Assembly (NCBI RefSeq): GCF_009914755.1
Contig: NC_060935.1
DNA: 64,000 bases
Origin: the human T2T-CHM13v2.0 reference genome, Homo sapiens
Reading direction: 5' to 3' (one strand)
Numbering within the stretch: position 1 is the first letter of the stretch; the number at the start of each line of letters is the position of its first letter. Under the pieces are notes generated by a model. That model worked only from the letters and a program-made list of their open reading frames with translations, was not told where the DNA came from and ran no database searches. Positions 59,751 to 64,000 of the stretch are shown here, piece by piece. A program made the translations under genes and the position numbers.

Positions 59751-61599
59751 ACAAGTATTCTTTCTAGTGATTTGATAATAGTGTAAGAAAACTTGTTTCT
59801 ATAAAGGAACTGTTCTTGTTGGAATAAAAATCTTACTACTTCTAAAACTCATATTCGATCTGTTCAAAGCAGTAAATCAACTATCCGAAAAGTGACAAAC
59901 TACACAACTAAAAAGATTGATGTGGAAAAATGTTAGGACTCATTACAGTCAATTCCTTTCTAAATTATCAGACTGAGACGAAATCAGGCAAATTCTGTAA
60001 CAAAGTGATCTTTAAAAAAATGAAAAAATCACCAATGGGCCAGAATATTAAAAGCTGAGTCCTTAGCTGTAGTTATTTGCTGCCTAACAACCTAAAGAGA
60101 AAAAAGTGACTGTGAAAATGACAGATATTAGCCTATTCTGATTATCTGAATATCCCAGAAAAATACATACTTTTTGACCTGTAAATGTATTTTTAAAATT
60201 ACAATAAACTTTAAAAAAATCTATTAATTTGAATAGTCTCTGAAACTTACTACCTGAAATTTTCCCCATAAATTATATCTCACACTATAACTACTCAATT
60301 CCTATTAAGGTTTCTAATTCTAGATCTGCCATAGACACTCGTGGTATCCCTGTCCCTTTGAACTACAGAAGATTGCTCCAAGGATAAATACATTTGAATC
60401 TTCTGACACATTACTAAGCATTAATTAAAAGAATTATAGTCTTTTCATATTACCCAAAACTCAGTGACAGATTTCTTCACCTCATGCATAATTAGGCTTT
60501 GAGTATTTCACATTCAATTCAATTATCAATGAATATATTAACGTTGCCTGGAGACAGCATGTCCACTAGGTAGAACAACAGCTTTTTAGTTCAGACAGAC
60601 CTGCATGTTAATCATGGTTATATGACTGTAGTGGCTGGATGACCTTAAACAAGTGAGCTTTCTGAGGACTGTCATACAGATTCAATGAGATGAGTCTATG
60701 TAAAGAGCCCAGTGCCCAGCACAGACTGTTTATATAAGAATATGGTGCAGCAGTGATTAACAGATAAGCTATCATTATTGACAGATCTCTGACTCTACCA
60801 CCTTTGACTAAAATCTCAGCAATATCCCTCTGAATGTCAATTCTGGGCTTCTACTGACCAGCTAGAGTGCTAGACAATTCCATCTGAATGTGTTCGCCAT
60901 CTTGCAAATTCAATGTCTGAAAACAAACTCAAATTATTACCCAACTAACATACCACTACAGAATTTCTTAATCTGTTAATCATGGACACCTTCAATTGCT
61001 CAGTCACCCATAGCTTAAAATCTAGTACTCATTTTTGATTCTCCATGCCCCATCCCTCACCTCCCATCAAAACTGGGTATCATCCATCAGGCACTCTCCC
61101 TTCACAGCCAAGTTTATAAAAATTACAGATACTCCCCACTTATAAATGTTTATCATAAATCAAAGTCATTTCTCAGAGCAAGAGTGTTAACTATGCCTAT
61201 TACCAAGAGATGATAATAATGGACTTGTGTGGTCATGTAAGTCTTAGCTCTCTAGTCTTCATTAGTTTTTTCTCTGTGCTTAGTTTTGAGGTATATTACT
61301 AAATCCAGCATGTTCGATAAGCACAAAAACAGTAAGAATGGTGAAAGTACTAACAAACAGAGGTAAGTGTTGGAAATAAAATGCAGAGACATATTAATAA
61401 AGAATAAGAAAGCTTCTGCTCCCATAAATGGGATCAATATTAAATAGAATGAATGACTCTAAAGTACTTGCAACAAATCCTGCAACATATGAAGATGATA
61501 TACCTACATGATAACTGATAATAGTAAGAGAAGGAAATAATGATTGGAGAAATGGAAAAACTTTGGAGTATGTGGTTAGAGTGGGATTAACACTAGACA

Positions 61600-63335
<1,736 letters not shown>

Positions 63336-63814
63336 GATTTAGGTAAAAGACGGTGGTCAAGAGAATGTTTATCTGGCCAAGAAAAATAGAAGCTAATGGG
63401 TAGCTTCAGAAGTTAGGTTTCCTTGCAGACTTTAAAAAAAAAAAGGTGGGGGTGGGGCACACAAAACAAGCCAACTAAATTTGCATATCTGTATTGAAGG
63501 CCTAGAATTGTGGGGATCGTTTTGTTACCATAGGAGAGCCAGCCTAAGGATGGCAAAGCAAGAACGTATGTCCTCAAGGATGTCACTGAATTGCTAATTT
63601 AACCAACTCTGAGGCTGTTTTTTGTTTTAAATAAATGTCCGTATTGTTTAAGCCACCTGATTCGAGGTTTTCTGATAACATAAATTGAATACCCTCATAC
63701 ACATGGCCCATAGGTACTTCAGCAGATCCCAAGTGAATTCATTATCATCTCTCAAAAATGCATTCTTCTTTTTCAAGTACTCTGGTCAATGACAGGACCA
63801 GCTCCAAAAAGCTA

Positions 63815-64000
63815 AAACCCCCAAATGTCCATGTTCTAATCCCTTGAATTTGTGAATGATACCTTTATGGCTTTGCAGATGTGATGAAATATCTTGGAAT
63901 GGGGAGATTATCCCAGATTACCCAGGTGGGCCCTAAATACAGTCACAAGTCTCCTTATACAAGGAAGGCAGATGTAGACTTGGCACACACAGGAGAAGGT
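63815..64000 (+). mobile_element. MLT1D-like LTR, truncated by the window end
   Basis: gtccatgttctaatccc...tttgcagatgtgat...ggggagattatcc...ggtgggcccta. Confidence 0.7.

Overview
Primate (very probably human) genomic DNA covering most of ZBTB44 (BTB/POZ plus C2H2 zinc-finger transcription factor) on the minus strand. The non-coding first exon and promoter lie beyond the right end. I reconstructed coding exons at 34658-35675, 13614-13698, 12246-12409, 10595-10895, 7958-8075 and 7158-7184, which give a 570-aa protein with all splice phases consistent. Alternative splice sites give 453-aa and 616-aa forms, and there is a ~5-kb terminal 3'UTR exon (~465-5517). The introns are dominated by repeats: more than 30 Alus, a nested MLT1/L1PA/L1PA/Alu stack, Tigger1 and MITEs, a 4x50-bp minisatellite and an NDUFAF2 processed pseudogene. 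Most notable observations: (1) the fourth zinc finger has Asn (AAC) where the first zinc-binding His is expected; (2) the 1074-nt exon 2 is built to circularise into a 342-aa BTB-only ORF; (3) a template-switch rearrangement created a 26-bp-stem hairpin in the pre-mRNA; (4) the NDUFAF2 retrocopy retains GTGAG at an exon junction; (5) an L1 ORF0 homologue points into the zinc-finger exons; (6) a candidate L1-derived intronic poly(A) site. I found no evidence of a wholly new gene system. Repeat subfamily names and reference comparisons come from memory and need RepeatMasker/BLAST confirmation.
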